Part shown: positions 61,893 to 64,000 of the stretch, piece by piece
Position numbering within the stretch: the stretch's first letter is position 1
Layout: the number at the start of each line of letters is the position of its first letter
Assembly (NCBI GenBank): GCA_030265395.1
Contig: JARFYF010000007.1
Coordinates: forward strand, 23,346,755 to 23,410,754
Reading direction: 5' to 3'
Origin: Rhina ancylostomus
Taxonomy: Eukaryota
Length of the DNA: 64,000 nucleotides
Made by a program: the position numbers and the translations under genes
Notes under the pieces: generated by a model
What the model saw: only the letters and a program-made list of their open reading frames with translations
Database searches by the model: none
What the model was told of the DNA's origin: nothing

Positions 61893-64000
61893 GTAACATG
61901 CATATATCCACAACTGACTAGCTATTGACCCTTTCCACTCCAAATAAGAGCCTGAAAAGATTTCAATGTGAGCTAATTACCACATCTATCCAAATTAATT
62001 CTTATTTATTGCAAAAAATTGCTTATTTTTCAGAAGTGAATAAGTCTGAACTTAATTGAAATGCCACTGTCAAGGGTACTGAGCTGAGCAATTTGAACTG
62101 TACAAGTATTCATATTTTGTGGCTTTTGTCAGTTTGTGAAATCCCTCAAAATGTTTGTGCAGAGGTTAACTTCTACTGGGAATCATGATTAATGGACTTC
62201 AGGAGCTGTTTAAATACCAGACGGATGGTGCACTGCATTAATCATCACTTCAAGGAGACTATCCATCATTGGAGTTTTATAAAGTAATGTCTGAAATCCA
62301 CAATTTTTTTGCTACTTCCTCTTAAAAATGAGACCACAGTAAAGGAGATCAGACTCCAGATGGCATAGAAAACTTCTGAAGTTATGGTTCAATTGCAAAG
62401 CACATTTTCCAAATGACTGTAGTTGTGAATTAAGAAAGCGCTGGGCTGACTTTGTACAAGTATTCGTGAAGTACTCCAGCACTGAGTGCAAAATGCCATT
62501 TTAGAATTGTGAGACTGGATACCAGGAAAGACTGTGCTGTTAATAAATATCATATATAATAGCTCTATTTTGTCAGTTGCTTGTATTCCCTATTCACTCC
62601 TGTACCAAGACCACACCATGTACCTGCCTCTCCTTGGGGCAATGCTAGTTTCTTCAGGCACTGCTGTGTAAAGGCAGGCCAGCAGACACATGTTGAGGAC
62701 AACAAGGTGGGAGGCCTGGAACACACCCTCATACCATCCTAAAGCAGAAGTGCTGACATATTGAAGGGAAAATGCAGAGTAGTCAGGGCAGCAACCTGCT
62801 GCTGCCAAAATACAGTACTTGGTGCATTCTTAATTCATAGAATTGAATCCAACATTCATAAATGTAATGGGCAAGTTTTGGAACAGAACCAGCTTATTCA
62901 GAGTAGATTCATTCTGTCTTTCAGTTATTTCTGTTCCATCATTATTAAAACAAATAGCAACAACCTTATCTCTGTAAGGTTCTCTTTGAATAGTTGTTTG
63001 ATTATGTGGGGCCCTACCTGTACATTTAACCCAGAGGTTGTGTCTGTCTCCTCGAGCAACTGTCGTACTATGTGGCAAGTTTCTCCATGAGTGTGAGTGC
63101 ATATCTATCAGTTTGAAACTTTAGATGAGTTTGAGAACAAATCACTTATTTAGCAAGCATGCTAAAATCATTTGTGTTTTAGTGTTGTGAATTTGCTCAT
63201 TGTGATTTATTTTAACTCTTTGTAATTCAAAATCTATCCTATTTATCCTTGGCATAATTTAATGATTTTATTGTTTGCATTATTGTTGTCTTCCTGACTT
63301 AGATTGCCTTATTGACTTGCTTTCAATCTAATACATTGTGTAACAGTTATTTGGCTTTGGTGAGATTATCAAATAGCTCTGACTTGGATCACAAATTATG
63401 AGCAAAGAAACAAAATTAAAGTATACTCCTTGCATCTTTCTGAATCATATTCCTTCTGTCAGGCCCTATTCTTTGAATACTGGAAGTTGCATGTAAATAC
63501 AGCCTCTCTTGTCCCTGTCGGACCTCCCAGGTATGCACTGAGGAAAGATGGCACACTTGGTTGAGATTGTTGTTGTGGAGCAATATGGTTTCATGACAAC
63601 ACCCTCTTTCCACCATCTGCTCCCACCCAAAATATTGATTATTTTCTTCATATTTCAAAGTAATTGATTCTAGTTTTGATAATCTTCCACCAGGCAAAAT
63701 GCTAGTAAAAGTCTCTCTGTTAGTATGGTGGCAAGATTTTGAATGGGCTCCTTCTAGAAGTTGCAACATCTCCAGTGCTGTGTGTGGTTATTGTGCGTGG
63801 TTATGCCTGAGATTACATTGATTGTATTCTAGTGCCCAGAAAATGGATTTTCCCCAATTTTGCTTGGCTTGACAAATATGAAGTCCCCAAAATTCAATTT
63901 GATAAAATGAACCTACATGGTTCCTGACAGGACCTCACCCAAGCTGGAGTTGTTTCAACCTTTAACAATAATGTAAGGCGTGACCCCTTTTGGGCACATT

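Noticed and set aside
61038-64000. Shared SAM-domain exon (EIEAKEACDWLRAAGFPQYAQLYED)
   Set aside because: Searched by eye and not found here or earlier in the window. It is presumed to lie downstream, or less likely in a gap.
1-64000. Prokaryote-type novel system (defence island, operon, integrated virus)
   Set aside because: No long ORFs, operon structure or viral hallmark genes. The content is consistent with vertebrate intronic DNA.

Overview
Eukaryotic, AT-rich, repeat-dense DNA from a draft assembly with 7 N-gaps. The repeat set (V-SINE/HE1-type, DeuSINE, CR1, L2, RTE, Rex1, Penelope, Tigger-like MITE) points to a cartilaginous fish (shark or ray). Most of the window is the 5' region of one + strand DLC-family RhoGAP/START gene (STARD8 or STARD13). 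I find one secure and two probable alternative first coding exons, at 3246-3414, 56257-56317 and 60995-61031. All three end in phase-1 GT donors and resemble the N-termini of human STARD13-alpha, STARD8 and DLC1-alpha respectively. I could not find the shared SAM-domain exon (EIEAKEACDWL...), so it presumably lies downstream. The introns hold decayed retroelements, including Penelope copies with target-site duplications (TSDs), GIY-YIG remnants and minimal hammerhead-ribozyme motifs. One copy has captured an inverted 95-bp piece of nearby DNA. Almost all ORFs in the supplied track are spurious or TE remnants. Protein and repeat identities rest on remembered sequences, not database searches, and repeat boundaries are approximate unless a TSD or TIR is quoted.
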